Source: an uncultured delta proteobacterium
GTDB lineage: Bacteria; Myxococcota_A; Polyangia; Polyangiales; Polyangiaceae
DNA length: 64,000 bases
Direction of reading: 5' to 3'
Assembly (NCBI GenBank): GCA_963782055.1
Contig: CAWAIF010000003.1
Coordinates: forward strand, 2,720,001-2,784,000
Shown: one piece after another, positions 1 through 9,980 of the stretch
Numbering within the stretch: position 1 is the stretch's first letter
How the letters are laid out: every line of letters begins with the position of its first letter
Made by a program: the position numbers and the translations under genes
The notes under the pieces: generated by a model
The model's input: only the letters and a program-made list of their open reading frames with translations
Database searches by the model: none
What the model was told of the DNA's origin: nothing

Positions 1-177
1 GCCGCGCGGCCGGTGCAGCAGGAGGGCATCGTCGTGCCTGTCACCGCGAGCTTCGGCGTGGCCTCGCTGGCGTGCTGCGGCGCCACGCGCGACCGCGAGA
101 CGCTGCTGGGCCTGGCCGACGGGCGGCTCTACGCGGCGAAGGAAGGCGGCCGCAACCGGGTCGTCGGGGCGAGGTGA
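1..177 (+). CDS. GGDEF diguanylate cyclase, C-terminal end (partial)
   Basis: Frame 1 reads VTASFGVA...LLGLADGRLYAAKEGGRNRV*, a typical GGDEF C-terminus. Confidence 0.85.
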   Translation, partial: AARPVQQEGIVVPVTASFGVASLACCGATRDRETLLGLADGRLYAAKEGGRNRVVGAR

Positions 178-509
178 GGCGCGTCGCGGTCGCCGCCGCG
201 GTGACCGTGGCGGCGGTCCTCGCGTGTGAGGCCCACCCGCGCTACCCGGCGTGCGAGAGCGACGCGCAGTGCGCCGTCGGCGGCCGTCACGACTACTGCG
301 TCGCCGGCCGCTGCGCGTACTGCCGCACCGCCATCGACTGCGGCGACCGGCAGATGTGCCGCGCCGGCCGCTGCTTGGCCGACCCCAACGCCCCGCCGCC
401 GCCCGCTCCCGACGCCGGAGCGGACGCGGCCGGTGACGCCGCGCCCGACGCGCGCGCCGACGCCGGCGCCGACGAGCCGCCGCCGGAGATCATCCGGTCC
501 CGGGAGTGA
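174..509 (+). CDS. Small Cys-rich lipoprotein
   Basis: GTG overlaps the upstream TGA; signal peptide with VLAC lipobox; Cys repeats. Confidence 0.7.
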   Translation: MRRVAVAAAVTVAAVLACEAHPRYPACESDAQCAVGGRHDYCVAGRCAYCRTAIDCGDRQMCRAGRCLADPNAPPPPAPDAGADAAGDAAPDARADAGADEPPPEIIRSRE

Positions 510-524
510 GCGCCAAGAGCGCGC

Positions 525-1721
525 TCACCGCCCGAGCTCCACGAGGTAGATGTCGCGGGACGCGTCGCGCTCGCGGCCGATGAAGAAGCGCGTGGGATCG
601 CCCGGCACCACCCACAGGCCCTCGTACTCCTGGTGCGCGTCGCCGAGCTCGGCCTCCCAGCCCCCCTCGAGGTCCGCCACCGCGAAGCGCGCGTCGCCGC
701 CGTGGAAGACGAGTCGCCGGCCTCCCGGGAGAAAGTCCCACCACTCGTGCTCGGTGGTGAACATGCGCACGGCGCGGCCGGTCGTCGCGTCCCCCACCCA
801 GACCTCCAGCGGCGCGCCCAGCTTCGCGCGCGTGGCGAAGACCACCCGCCGGCCGGCGTCGTCGAGCGTCGCCGCGCGCTGCACGTTCGCCTGCGGAAAG
901 GCGATCGCGCGCCCGCTCGCGGTGTCGATGCAGTGGAAGGACCAGTCCTCCGCGCGGAAGCACAGCCGCGAGAGCGTCGGCGAGACGACCGGCTCCAGCA
1001 CGAAGCTGTCGTCGTCCGCCACGGTCACGAGCGGCCGCTTCCGGCCCGACGCCAGGTCGAGCATCTCCAGCGTCCGGTATCCGCGGAAGAGCATCGGGCT
1101 CAGCTTCGACGGCTCGCCCACCAGCGCCGTGCCCTCCCGCGGGCGCGACCGAACGATGGGATCGCACCATCGGCCCACCGGACGGGTCCGTGCGGGGTGC
1201 GCGAGCTCCACCACCGACAGATCGCAGTCGCTCCGGGTGAGCAGCGTCTCGCCTTCCAGGGCCCAGCTCCGCACCTTCGGCACGTCCAGCAGGCGCGTGC
1301 CGGACGGGATCGCGAAGACGTGGAGCAGGTGCTGCTCGTCGCTCGCCACGAGGTAGCGCGAGCTCGCGCTGATCTCGACGCGCGTCGCCGCGTGCACTCC
1401 CAGCGAGACCGGCGGCCCGTCCCCGACGCGCAGCTCGATCGCCTTGCGGCGGACGACCGCGACCGTTCGCCGGTCCGGCGCCATCGTCACGCCGTCGGCA
1501 TCGGCGGCGAACAGGGTGATCTTCACGCCGGCCAGGTCGATCGCGCGCATGTGCTCGGGCAGCGCGACCGTGGCGATGGATGCGTCCGCCCGGAGCACCG
1601 CCGAGGCCGACGCCGCAGGAGGGATGACCGCCTGCTGCCGCGGCTGCGCGTGCGGCGCCGGCGGATGGCACGCCGCCGCCAGCGCCAGCAGGCCCCACGT
1701 CGTCCGTCGCGCGCCGCCCAT
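525..1721 (-). CDS. Lipoprotein with beta-propeller-like repeats
   Basis: MGGARRTTWGLLALAAAC lipobox; TolB/WD-like strand pattern. Confidence 0.65.
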   Translation of the reverse strand: MGGARRTTWGLLALAAACHPPAPHAQPRQQAVIPPAASASAVLRADASIATVALPEHMRAIDLAGVKITLFAADADGVTMAPDRRTVAVVRRKAIELRVGDGPPVSLGVHAATRVEISASSRYLVASDEQHLLHVFAIPSGTRLLDVPKVRSWALEGETLLTRSDCDLSVVELAHPARTRPVGRWCDPIVRSRPREGTALVGEPSKLSPMLFRGYRTLEMLDLASGRKRPLVTVADDDSFVLEPVVSPTLSRLCFRAEDWSFHCIDTASGRAIAFPQANVQRAATLDDAGRRVVFATRAKLGAPLEVWVGDATTGRAVRMFTTEHEWWDFLPGGRRLVFHGGDARFAVADLEGGWEAELGDAHQEYEGLWVVPGDPTRFFIGRERDASRDIYLVELGR

Positions 1722-2036
1722 CACCGCATCGTAGTCCCGCCGCGCCGCGCCGAGAAATGGCGCGTTCTGCCGGTCGCGGCCGCGCGCGCGGCCGTCCCGC
1801 AGTCGAACATGTCCGTGTGCTGCACTCCAGCCCATGCCGGATTCCATGGCGCAGCCCTGCGCCGCATCATCGCGAGGCATCCCCGCGGCGCGGGCAAGCG
1901 CTTCGAGCGGGAGCTCGGGGCCCGGGTGGGCGCCGTCGCGACGCGGTGGTGCCCGGCGTGAGGTGCGTCCTCGTCGGCGGTCCGCGACGCTCCACGACTC
2001 GCCGGTCACGGCGCACGATGCGGACGTCCGCCCGCG

Positions 2037-2669
2037 TCACGGGCACACGCCGAGCAGGCGCGCGCTCCAGTAGATGCCGCTGGAGGGCCCGCCCCACGGG
2101 CCGTTCGGTCCGTTCGATGTCGTGTACTCGCGCACGAACGCGCCGCCGGTCGACGCGGAGTCCTCGCCGGTCGGCGGTGTCTTCTGGTAGACGAAGTAGC
2201 GATGGCCGGCCTTCACCGTGATGGGCGGGGTCACGTAGGCGCCGACCCACGTCGGCGTCGCGCTCGTCTCGAGGGGCCCGTAGAAGAGGACCTTGCCCGG
2301 TAGCTCGCAGTCGCTGTCGAGCAGGCCGACGAAGCCGCCCCTGGTGTGCAGCTCGATGCGCTCCACCACGACGTCGACCTGCGGGACGTACTCGAACGCG
2401 GCGCCCGCGCCGTGGACCTTGAGCGAGGGCGGCGCGGTGACGTTGACGCCCTCGCCGCACGCGCCGTAGCTCGAGACGCCCGCGGGCGATGGGTCGCCCT
2501 GGAACCCGCACGGCGCGGCGTCCACCTCCCCATCGACGCCCGGCGCGGCGTCCACGGGCTTCGTGGCGTCCGGCGCGTCCTCGCCCGCGGCGCCGAGCTC
2601 GGTCCGCCCGCCGCAGGAGGCCGCGACGACGGCGAGAGCCGCCATGGCGGCGCCGAGCGTCCGGTGCAT
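2037..2669 (-). CDS. Hypothetical lipoprotein
   Basis: VAASCGG lipobox followed by an acidic D-A linker. Confidence 0.75.
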   Translation of the reverse strand: MHRTLGAAMAALAVVAASCGGRTELGAAGEDAPDATKPVDAAPGVDGEVDAAPCGFQGDPSPAGVSSYGACGEGVNVTAPPSLKVHGAGAAFEYVPQVDVVVERIELHTRGGFVGLLDSDCELPGKVLFYGPLETSATPTWVGAYVTPPITVKAGHRYFVYQKTPPTGEDSASTGGAFVREYTTSNGPNGPWGGPSSGIYWSARLLGVCP

Positions 2670-2738
2670 TCCCCGATCCTACGTGAGCCCCGCCCGACCG
2701 TCACGGATCCTGCCATCCCGTGCCGGTGCCGGCGACCT

Positions 2739-3401
2739 CTACCGCGCCGGCGAACCGGCCTCGAGCACCGGTGCGAGCGCCCGCTCGAAACGCGACCGGA
2801 GCTCGGGGTCGAAGCCGTCGGCGAGGAGCGCGGCGCCCGCGCGATCGCGAAGTGCGCGCGCGAGCTTCGGGCGCGTCGCTGCCGCGGCGGTGACCTCGTC
2901 CAGGGCGGCAACGAGTGCGTCCGCGTCCCTGGCGTCGAGGGCGAGGCCCACGAGGCGCATGCCCTCGCGGTCCGGGCCGGCTTGCTCCGCCGCGCCGAGA
3001 TCCCACACCGCGTGCACGACGGCGTCAACGAGGCGTTCGGTCTGCGCGTCGAGGACGTACAGCCTCTCGCGCGCGAGCGGAAACGGCGGCGGCCGGCCGG
3101 TGGGGTAGGCGGTGAGCGCGGGGAAGCGGCCGGGAAGCTGGCCGAGGATGCGTTCGACCCGCGCCCGCGTCCAGTGGCGCGGCGGGTCGACGCCGTAGAT
3201 CCCCACGGCGTCGAGGCTCGGCAGCTCCCGGAGCGCCTCGTCCACGACGGTCGCCCACACCTCGCCCTTCGGCGAGACCGGTTCGATCTCCAGGCGGCCG
3301 AAGCCGAGCAGGTACCAGGGCCCTACGAACCGGACCTCGACGAGCGGCGTCTCGGGTTCCTCGGCGAGGGCGACGTGCCAGCAGCGGGTGCGCCGGGCCA
3401 T
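2739..3401 (-). CDS. Hypothetical protein
   Basis: 220-aa ORF with natural composition. Confidence 0.6.
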   Translation of the reverse strand: MARRTRCWHVALAEEPETPLVEVRFVGPWYLLGFGRLEIEPVSPKGEVWATVVDEALRELPSLDAVGIYGVDPPRHWTRARVERILGQLPGRFPALTAYPTGRPPPFPLARERLYVLDAQTERLVDAVVHAVWDLGAAEQAGPDREGMRLVGLALDARDADALVAALDEVTAAAATRPKLARALRDRAGAALLADGFDPELRSRFERALAPVLEAGSPAR

Positions 3402-3506
3402 GCGGGATGGTCACACGCGCCGGCGGGCCGGGCAACGGACGCCACACGACGGTGGGTTGTCGGCCGCGTCGAGCGGATGCGACGATGACGCGGTGGAGCC
3501 GGACCG

Positions 3507-4353
3507 ATGAACGCACTGGTGGAGCGCGTGCGCGGGCGTCTCCGCGACGGCATCGAGGTCGAGCGAGCCCTCGAGCTCGCGGGCGATCTCATGGACGCGG
3601 CGTTCCTCGAGTTCGCCGGCACCCGCGAGGAGCTGGCGTACCAGCGCGGCTGGTCCGACGAGCTGATCGCGGTGGAGATGACCGCCGAGGACGCCGCCGA
3701 GCTGCGTCGGGCCCTGGTCGACTTCGTCGCCCGGCGACCACCGGCGACGCAGCTCGCCGCCGCCGTCTTCGTGCTCGGCAAGCACCCCCCAATCCCGCGC
3801 TGGTCTCGCTGGGCATCGGGCTCGTGCGGGAGCACGCCGGGGCCTCCGGAGACCCGGGCGCCCTCTACCAGGCGCTGATCACCCTGGGGAACTGGGGCGA
3901 GCACCTGCCCTACGACTCGTGGTGGGCGGGCGACGAACAAGAGAACCGGCGGCGCGCCCGCCGCTACCTCGCCGGGCTCGACGCGCCGCCGATCGACCCG
4001 CGGGACGCGCGCTTGATGAACGCGGTCGCCGCCTGCGACCTCGGGGAGGTCCGGGCGGCGCTCGCTGCCGGCGCCGACGCCAACGCGGTGATCCCCGTGT
4101 TCGACGACTCCCCGGACCCGCCGAAGCAGCCCGACACGCCGCTAGAGCTGGTCGTCTTCCGCGTCTCCGACGCCATGCTGGACGACGACGATCTGCGCAG
4201 GCTCGCCGAGATCGCCCGGCTCCTGGTCGAGCACGGCGCCGACCCGGCCCCCGCCATGGCGATGGCCGAGCACCGCTACGGCCCGTATGACCCCGACCTC
4301 GAGGGCCGTTCGCCGAGGTCTGGCACGTCGTCGCCCGGGCGACCAGGCGCTGA
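3507..4353 (+). CDS. Ankyrin-like hypothetical protein split by two frameshifts (~3790, ~4307)
   Basis: MNALVERV... continues in another frame after the C6 run at 3785-3790; VRAALAAGADAN and LLVEHGADP ankyrin-like motifs. Confidence 0.55.
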
Positions 4354-4576
4354 TCCGCCGCCCGCGTTCCAGGCGACCCTCCGGCCTCCCTGAAGCGGCG
4401 GACCCGGGGTGGTGGTGCTTCTTCGCGGCGATCCTCGGCGGCCTGGTCGCCGCGGTCGTCCGCCGCCGGCCTCACAGGTTCTGCTGAGGAGGCCAATAAC
4501 GCGATCGGTCGCACAACGATCACGGAAGCTTCGCGTCAACGAACGGTCGAAGGCTTCGATGGTTGGGCGGGGCAGC

Positions 4577-4834
4577 ATGGTCGTCTTGGGTATCGGATAC
4601 TCCGATACCAATGTGCCTCCCCCGTCACGGCGCCGTCGGCACGAGGAGAACGCCGGGCGCGACACCTCCCGCGGGGAGATCTTCGAGGCCTTCGTTCTCG
4701 ACGGGGTGTCGGTGCGGCTGGAGAACGGCAAGGTCGTGGCCGAGCTCGGCTTCCAGATGGCGGAGGACCCGGACCACTACGTCACGGTGTACCTGGAAGA
4801 CTGGAAGGACGGCGGCAGCTCCATCGACTCCTGA
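4577..4834 (+). CDS. Small acidic hypothetical protein
   Basis: Short ORF ending YVTVYLEDWKDGGSSIDS; start uncertain. Confidence 0.45.
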   Translation: MVVLGIGYSDTNVPPPSRRRRHEENAGRDTSRGEIFEAFVLDGVSVRLENGKVVAELGFQMAEDPDHYVTVYLEDWKDGGSSIDS

Positions 4835-5101
4835 GGTCCGGGGAAGGCCGGCGGGCGCGCGGTCGGAGCGCGACCCTTCCCACGGGCACGCGCAGCATCA
4901 GGCCGCCGCGGGCGGCGCCTCGGGACTCCCTATTTTCCGCGCGAGGCGACGTAGAACTCCGCCGCCGTCAGGCCGCTCGCCTTCCATTTCCCGACCCGCT
5001 TTGCCCACGTGTCTCGCGTCGACATCCCGTCGAGGAGTACGCGATGCGCCGCTGTACTTCATGAACGTGGTTGGTCGAACGGATACGATCTTCAGGCGCC
5101 A

Positions 5102-5515
5102 CTACTCCTGGTCTGGGAACACCTCGATCGCGAGACGTACGCCAAGGCGAGCCATTTCCGTCATGCAAGCATTCGAAATGATGAACCCCGCATTCTCGCG
5201 CCCAACCAACCCCAGGTAAAGCTCGCAACTGCCACCGGTCTCTACAAAGTTGTGCAACCATTGCTCGTTCTCCCCCAGGCGACGTGTCCATTCGCCAATC
5301 AGCTGCTCCATGTCACATGGCTTGGACAGTTCGCCACACCAGTACGTTTCTCCGTATCGACCTGTCAAGGGGCGATCCTTTGGGGTTCGCCGCTCAGTTC
5401 CAGCTCTCCAAGAAAAACGAGGCTGAAGGCCGAGCCTACTTGTGACTTCTTCTGGGGCTATGCTCGGGTGCGTCAGGCGACAGGCGACGCTGTTGGGAGG
5501 GCATCTCGATATCAT
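5102..5515 (-). CDS. DUF4279-like putative immunity protein
   Basis: LTHPSIAPEEVTSRLGLQP...W...G...TYW and C-terminal LGVRLAIEVFP; ATGA overlap with the upstream toxin fragment; lower GC. Confidence 0.75.
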   Translation of the reverse strand: MISRCPPNSVACRLTHPSIAPEEVTSRLGLQPRFSWRAGTERRTPKDRPLTGRYGETYWCGELSKPCDMEQLIGEWTRRLGENEQWLHNFVETGGSCELYLGLVGRENAGFIISNACMTEMARLGVRLAIEVFPDQE

Positions 5516-5756
5516 GGAATGTAATCTTTAACTGGGCCATTATCGATAGCGTTACCTTCGCCATCTCCAGTGATCACGTGTCCATCCGGACTTATCCCGG
5601 CCCAATCCTTTGGTTCTGCCAAGACTCCCTCCTTGATGTTTCTTTGATGTTGTTTAGTCCATGGTGTCTGATTGATAGGCTTCGTCCCGGTCGGGCAGCC
5701 CTTCGGCTTGGCTCCCTTGGATCGTGATTGGGGCGTCTCAGCGAGCAAGCCAAGCG
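5512..5756 (-). pseudogene. Orphan Rhs/polymorphic toxin C-terminal domain, truncated at the core boundary
   Basis: Begins (x)LGL immediately after repeat A, a remnant of DPLGL; ~78-aa tip; coupled to the DUF4279-like gene. Confidence 0.7.
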
Positions 5757-5804
5757 CATAGGAAATCCTAGCGCGGTCGGGCGCGAAAGTTTACGAAATC
5801 CATC
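5757..5804 (-). repeat. Repeat A copy 1 (ori-side half only)
   Basis: CATAGGAAATCCTAGCGCGGTCGGGCGCGAAAGTTTACGAAATCCATC, identical to 8901-8948. Confidence 0.95.
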
Positions 5805-7007
5805 TTGGACGAAGCCGCTGCGCGGCAGCGTGGCTCCGCATCAAGCACGCTGGCGAGCCGGGAGCCTCGCGAGCGTGTGCGCGCTGGCGAGTCCGCCTCG
5901 TAGCCCTCGCGTGCCGTGACGCGGGCGATCCTGCGGCGCGCGCCGCCCGCTCGTGGGCGCGCGCGGAGCCAAAGGAGGCCGCGATGGGTGCGAAGCGAAG
6001 ACTGCGGGACACGATGAGCGAGGACCTCGCGCTGCGAGGGATGAGCGCCAACACGATCGCCACGTACGTGGGTGCGTGAGGCGGTTCGCGCAGTACCACG
6101 GGCGGTCGCCGTGCGCGCTGGGGGCGGCGGAGATCCGTGCGTTCCTCTTGCACCTGGTGGCGGAGCGCAGGCTGGCGGCGCTGACGGTCAACGTGCACGC
6201 GGCCGCGCTGAGGTTTCTCTACGAGGTGACGCTGGAGCGGCCGGAGGCGACGCTGGGGGATGGCGCGCATGCGGGTGCCGATGCACGTGCCGGTGGTGCT
6301 GACGAGCGCGGAGGTGGCGCGGCTGCTCGCGGCGCTCACGAGCCACAAGCACCGGGCCCTGGTGATGCTCGCCTACGGGGCGGGGCTGCGCGTGAGCGAG
6401 GTGTGCAAGCTCCGGGTGGACGACATCGATCCGAAGCGGATGCTCCTGCACGTGCGGCACTCCGCCAGCCACGCCACCACGCGCCTCGAGACCGCTCGCC
6501 GCAGACTGGGTCCGCACGCGGCGCCCGCTGCGCGACCGGTGCGCCGTGTCGACGCCGCCGACCTGCTGCTGCGAATCGCGGGCATCGACCTGCACCGCTG
6601 CCCCGCTTGCCACACGCCTGCCCTCGTGCGTACCGCGCTGCCGGAGCCCCGAGCTCGCGACCCGCCGGGGGCCGCATGATCTCCCCGCGTCGTGCTCCAC
6701 TGCGCTCGCTCCACGAGTGCGGCCCAGGCCCCTGTCCATCCACGCCACGAAAACCCGGCCTCCGAGCACGCACGGCTGCCCGCTGCGCGCTCCGGGACGC
6801 CCGCGTCGAGCGCCGTCCCGCCGCCCGCTCCGCACCTCGCGCACCCGCGCCCGTGACCCACACGCCGCCAACTTCCCCATAGGGCTCCGAGGCCACCGCC
6901 TCGCCGCTGCCGCGCACCGGCTTCGTCCAACCGTCGATTTCGCGACCGCGCACCCGCGCCACGCGACCGGCGTCACGACCCGGCGCGCTCACGCAATCGA
7001 CTCTTAC
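5805..7007 (+). mobile_element. Internally deleted copy of the integrase + IS91-family transposase element
   Basis: Near-identical to 8949-11469 but lacking 9606-10922 (junction GCAC at 6457-6460); 26-bp inverted repeats at 5805-5830 and 6905-6930. Confidence 0.9.
5984..6679 (+). pseudogene. Fused remnant of tyrosine recombinase N-terminus and Y2 transposase C-terminus
   Basis: ...KRMLLHVRH joined to SASHATTRLE...; additional 1-bp indels near 6070 and 6255. Confidence 0.9.
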
Positions 7008-7016
7008 TTATGGTAA

Positions 7017-7432
7017 ATGCCGCGCCGCATCATCGCTGGCGTGCGGTTCCTCGACGCGCGAGCCACGGTGGTCGGGCACTTCCCTGCTCGTCAGGAGGTG
7101 ATCGAGCTGGCCGCGGACGTCACCGTCTTCCTCCGGCGGCAGCTCAACCAATGGAAGAGCGCGCGAGGGTACGGGCGTCGCGTCCAGGGTCAGCAGGGTG
7201 AGCGGTGGGCGGCCGCGCTCGGCCTCTCCCGCGACGCCGACCTGTGCGACCGACTGGAGCGCTGGTGGGGGACGGGCGAGGTCGCGCTCCAGGAGGTGAC
7301 GCGGGACGGCGGCGCGGTGCTCAGCCCGGCCCGCTTCGACGAAGGCTTCGACGGTCGCTTCACCTTCCTTTGGACGACCAGCCAAGCCCAGCTCCAGCGC
7401 TACGCGCGTCAGCTCCAGCTCGATCCCGAGGC
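7017..7432 (+). pseudogene. Hypothetical gene or fragment cut by repeat B
   Basis: Protein-like ORF running into repeat B at ...LDPEAE. Confidence 0.45.
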
Positions 7433-7553
7433 TGAGCCTCCCCGAAGACGAGGAGATGGTAGCATCGAGGGTGCGTACGGGGCCCGCGGGCGGCGCAACC
7501 GGACATGATGGATGCTAGCGAACCCAGATCGAGGGCCAATCTGGCTTATCCAC
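7433..7553 (+). repeat. Repeat B copy 1 (~121 bp)
   Basis: TGAGCCT...GGCTTATCCAC; 3 mismatches to 8071-8191. Confidence 0.95.
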
Positions 7554-7579
7554 TTCGCCAATGGTGAGGAGGTTTTCGC

Positions 7580-7972
7580 ATGGAGATCAAGGCGCTGCTC
7601 GGGGCGGAAGATCCGGGGGAGCTCGCCGAGGCGGCGATGGACCTCGCCGACGCGCTGGCGGCGCTCGCCGACGCGAAGGGCCGGCCGGGGCTCGCGCCGC
7701 CGGTGGACGTCGCGTACCGCGTGGTGCTTGCGGACGGCGCGATGAACAACGATGGCGCCCGAGCGCTCATCGATTCCGGCATCCCCGCGGAGGAGCTCCT
7801 CTCGGCGCTGCGCGAGATCGGCGCGCCGAAGATGGCCGAGATTCTCGCTGGCGCCCTGGCCGAGCCCGACGACGCCGCGGCGCTCGACCGGTGGAGCGCC
7901 TATCCGGACTACCTCGAGGGGCTGCTCGTCGACTGGGTGACCCGCCATCGCGCGGCGTTCGAGTCCGCGTAG
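7580..7972 (+). CDS. DMP19/DUF4375-like small acidic protein
   Basis: GAGGAGG RBS; DGAMNNDG, ALREIGA and LLVDWVTRH resemble the family pattern. Confidence 0.65.
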   Translation: MEIKALLGAEDPGELAEAAMDLADALAALADAKGRPGLAPPVDVAYRVVLADGAMNNDGARALIDSGIPAEELLSALREIGAPKMAEILAGALAEPDDAAALDRWSAYPDYLEGLLVDWVTRHRAAFESA

Positions 7973-8070
7973 CGGCCCTCGCCAGCTGGAACGCGAAGGG
8001 CCAGACCGCGTCCGGTCCGGCGGGTGCGCCCCGTGCTGGGCCAGCTATGGCTCCCTGCCGCCCTGCCCCT

Positions 8071-8191
8071 TGAGCCTTCCCGAAGACGAGGAGATGGTAG
8101 CATCGAGGGTGCGCCCGGGGCCCGCGGGCGGCGCAACCGGACATGATGGATGCTAGCGAACCCAGATCGAGGGCCAATCTGGCTTATCCAC
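8071..8191 (+). repeat. Repeat B copy 2
   Basis: Direct repeat of 7433-7553. Confidence 0.95.
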
Positions 8192-8432
8192 ATCGCGTCC
8201 TTGATCTTGGTCAGCCCCCTTCTGGGCGCACCCCATCGGGGGGCAGCGGCGCGGGTCGTCAGCGCCGCCACGGCTGTCGAAGGTGCCGCGGGGCTCGGCT
8301 CCGCGGTCCTCGACCCCGGGCACCCGGCGCGGCGGAGGCCATGACGCCCGGTCCGCGGCAGTCGACGCCCGCTGGAGGCTGGACAGCCGGCGGACACCCG
8401 TGGTTTTTTCCACGCACTTCGCGAGGTGCTCC

Positions 8433-8900
8433 GTGCACAAGCTGCTTGCAATCTCCCTGGTCGCATCGCTGGCGGCGTGCTCGGGCAGCTCGACCCCGTC
8501 CGGCTCCACGGGCTCGGCCTCGACGAGCGGCTCCGGCACCACCGGCGCGAGCTCCAGCGGCTCCACCGGCACCAGCAGCACCGGCGGGAGCGGTGGCTCC
8601 ACCGGCGGCGTGCCGCCAGGGGGCAAGCGGATCTTCCTCACCTCGTCGACCTACGAGGGCGGCGCGCTGGGCGGGGTCAGCGGCGCGGACCAGAAGTGCA
8701 CCCTCTCGGCCCAGGCCGTGGGCCTGAGCGGCACCTGGATCGCGCTCGTCTCCGGACTGGACCGCATCAGCGACGTCGGCCCCTGGTACCTGCTCGACGG
8801 CACCAAAGTCTTCAACAACAAGGCCGGGCTCTCGACCACGCCGTTCGCGGTGATCAGCATCGACGAGCGCGGCGGCGCGCACGCGGGCGACGAGCAGGCG
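8433..8900 (+). pseudogene. Lipoprotein with DUF1554-like domain, 3'-truncated by repeat A
   Basis: LAAC lipobox, Ser/Gly/Thr linker, RIFLTSSTYEGGALGGVSGADQKC; breaks at GDEQA into the repeat. Confidence 0.75.
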
Positions 8901-8948
8901 CATAGGAAATCCTAGCGCGGTCGGGCGCGAAAGTTTACGAAATCCATC
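8901..8948 (-). repeat. Repeat A copy 2, ori-side half
   Basis: Matches the corresponding 48 bp of the intact copies at 18679 and 21143. Confidence 0.95.
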
Positions 8949-9128
8949 TTGGACGAAGCCGCTGCGCGGCAGCGTGGCTCCGCATCAAGCTCGCTCGCGA
9001 CCCGGGAGCCCCGCGAGCCGTGTGCGCGCTGACGAGCCCGCCTCGTAGCCCTCGCGTGCCGTGATGCGGGCGATCCTGCGGCGCGCGCCGCCCGCTCGTG
9101 GGCGCGCGCGGAGCCGAAGGAGGCCGCG

Positions 9129-9974
9129 ATGGGTGCGAAGCGAAGACTGCGGGACACGATGAGCGAGGACCTCGCGCTGCGAGGGATGAGCGCCAACACG
9201 ATCGCCACGTACGTGGGGTGCGTGCGGCGGTTCGCGCAGTACCACGGGCGGTCGCCGTGCGCGCTGGGGGCGGCGGAGATCCGGACGTTCCTTTTGCACC
9301 TGGTGGCGGAGCGCAGGCTGGCGGCGCTGACGGTCAACGTGCACGCGGCCGCGCTGAGGTTTCTCTACGAGGTGACGCTGGAGCGGCCGGAGGCGACGCT
9401 GGGGATGGCGCGCATGCGGGTGCCGATGCACGTGCCGGTGGTGCTGACGAGCGCGGAGGTGGCGCGGCTGCTCGCGTCGCTCACGAGCCACAAGCACCGG
9501 GCCCTGGTGATGCTCGCCTACGGGGCGGGGCTGCGCGTGAGCGAGGTGTGCAAGCTCCGGGTGGACGACATCGATCCGAAGCGGATGCTCCTGCACGTGC
9601 GGCACACCAAGCGCGGGCGTGAGCGCTACGTGATGCTCAGCGCGAGGCTGCTGGCGACGCTGCGCGCGTACTGGAAGGCGTCACGACCCGCAGGACCGCA
9701 ACTGTTTCCGGGGCGCGTGCCCGGGACGCTCCTCACGCGCGCGGCCGTCCACCGGGCGATCCTCAAGGCGGCGCGGCGCGCGGGCATCACCCGGCGCGTG
9801 TCGCCGCACACGCTGCGCCACAGCTTCGCCACGCACCTGCTCGACGCAGGGACCGACCTTCGCACGTTGCAGGTCTTGCTCGGGCACGCGTCGCTCAGGA
9901 GCACGATGGCCTACCTGCACGTGAGCACCGCCCGCGTGCAGTCGATTCAGAGCCCCCTCGACGCGCTGCCCTGA
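9129..9974 (+). CDS. Tyrosine recombinase (XerD/IntI-like, SAM-like N-terminal domain)
   Basis: YGAGLRVSE, K, HTLRHSFATH, LLGH, TMAY catalytic residues; GGAGG RBS. Confidence 0.95.
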   Translation: MGAKRRLRDTMSEDLALRGMSANTIATYVGCVRRFAQYHGRSPCALGAAEIRTFLLHLVAERRLAALTVNVHAAALRFLYEVTLERPEATLGMARMRVPMHVPVVLTSAEVARLLASLTSHKHRALVMLAYGAGLRVSEVCKLRVDDIDPKRMLLHVRHTKRGRERYVMLSARLLATLRAYWKASRPAGPQLFPGRVPGTLLTRAAVHRAILKAARRAGITRRVSPHTLRHSFATHLLDAGTDLRTLQVLLGHASLRSTMAYLHVSTARVQSIQSPLDALP

Positions 9975-9980
9975 GCCCCG

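Noticed and set aside
4856..4873. GCGCGGTCGGAGCGCGA resembling part of repeat A
   Set aside because: Short, GC-only match with no flanking similarity; likely chance.
8184..8192. Perfect DnaA box TTATCCACA as a replication origin
   Set aside because: Only one perfect and one imperfect box, formed at the repeat B junctions; no box cluster or AT-rich unwinding region.
9129..9974. Classical integron (IntI + attC cassettes)
   Set aside because: The recombinase is short and appears to lack the IntI-specific insertion, the repeats lack RYYYAAC...GTTRRRY ends, and cargos are often gene fragments.
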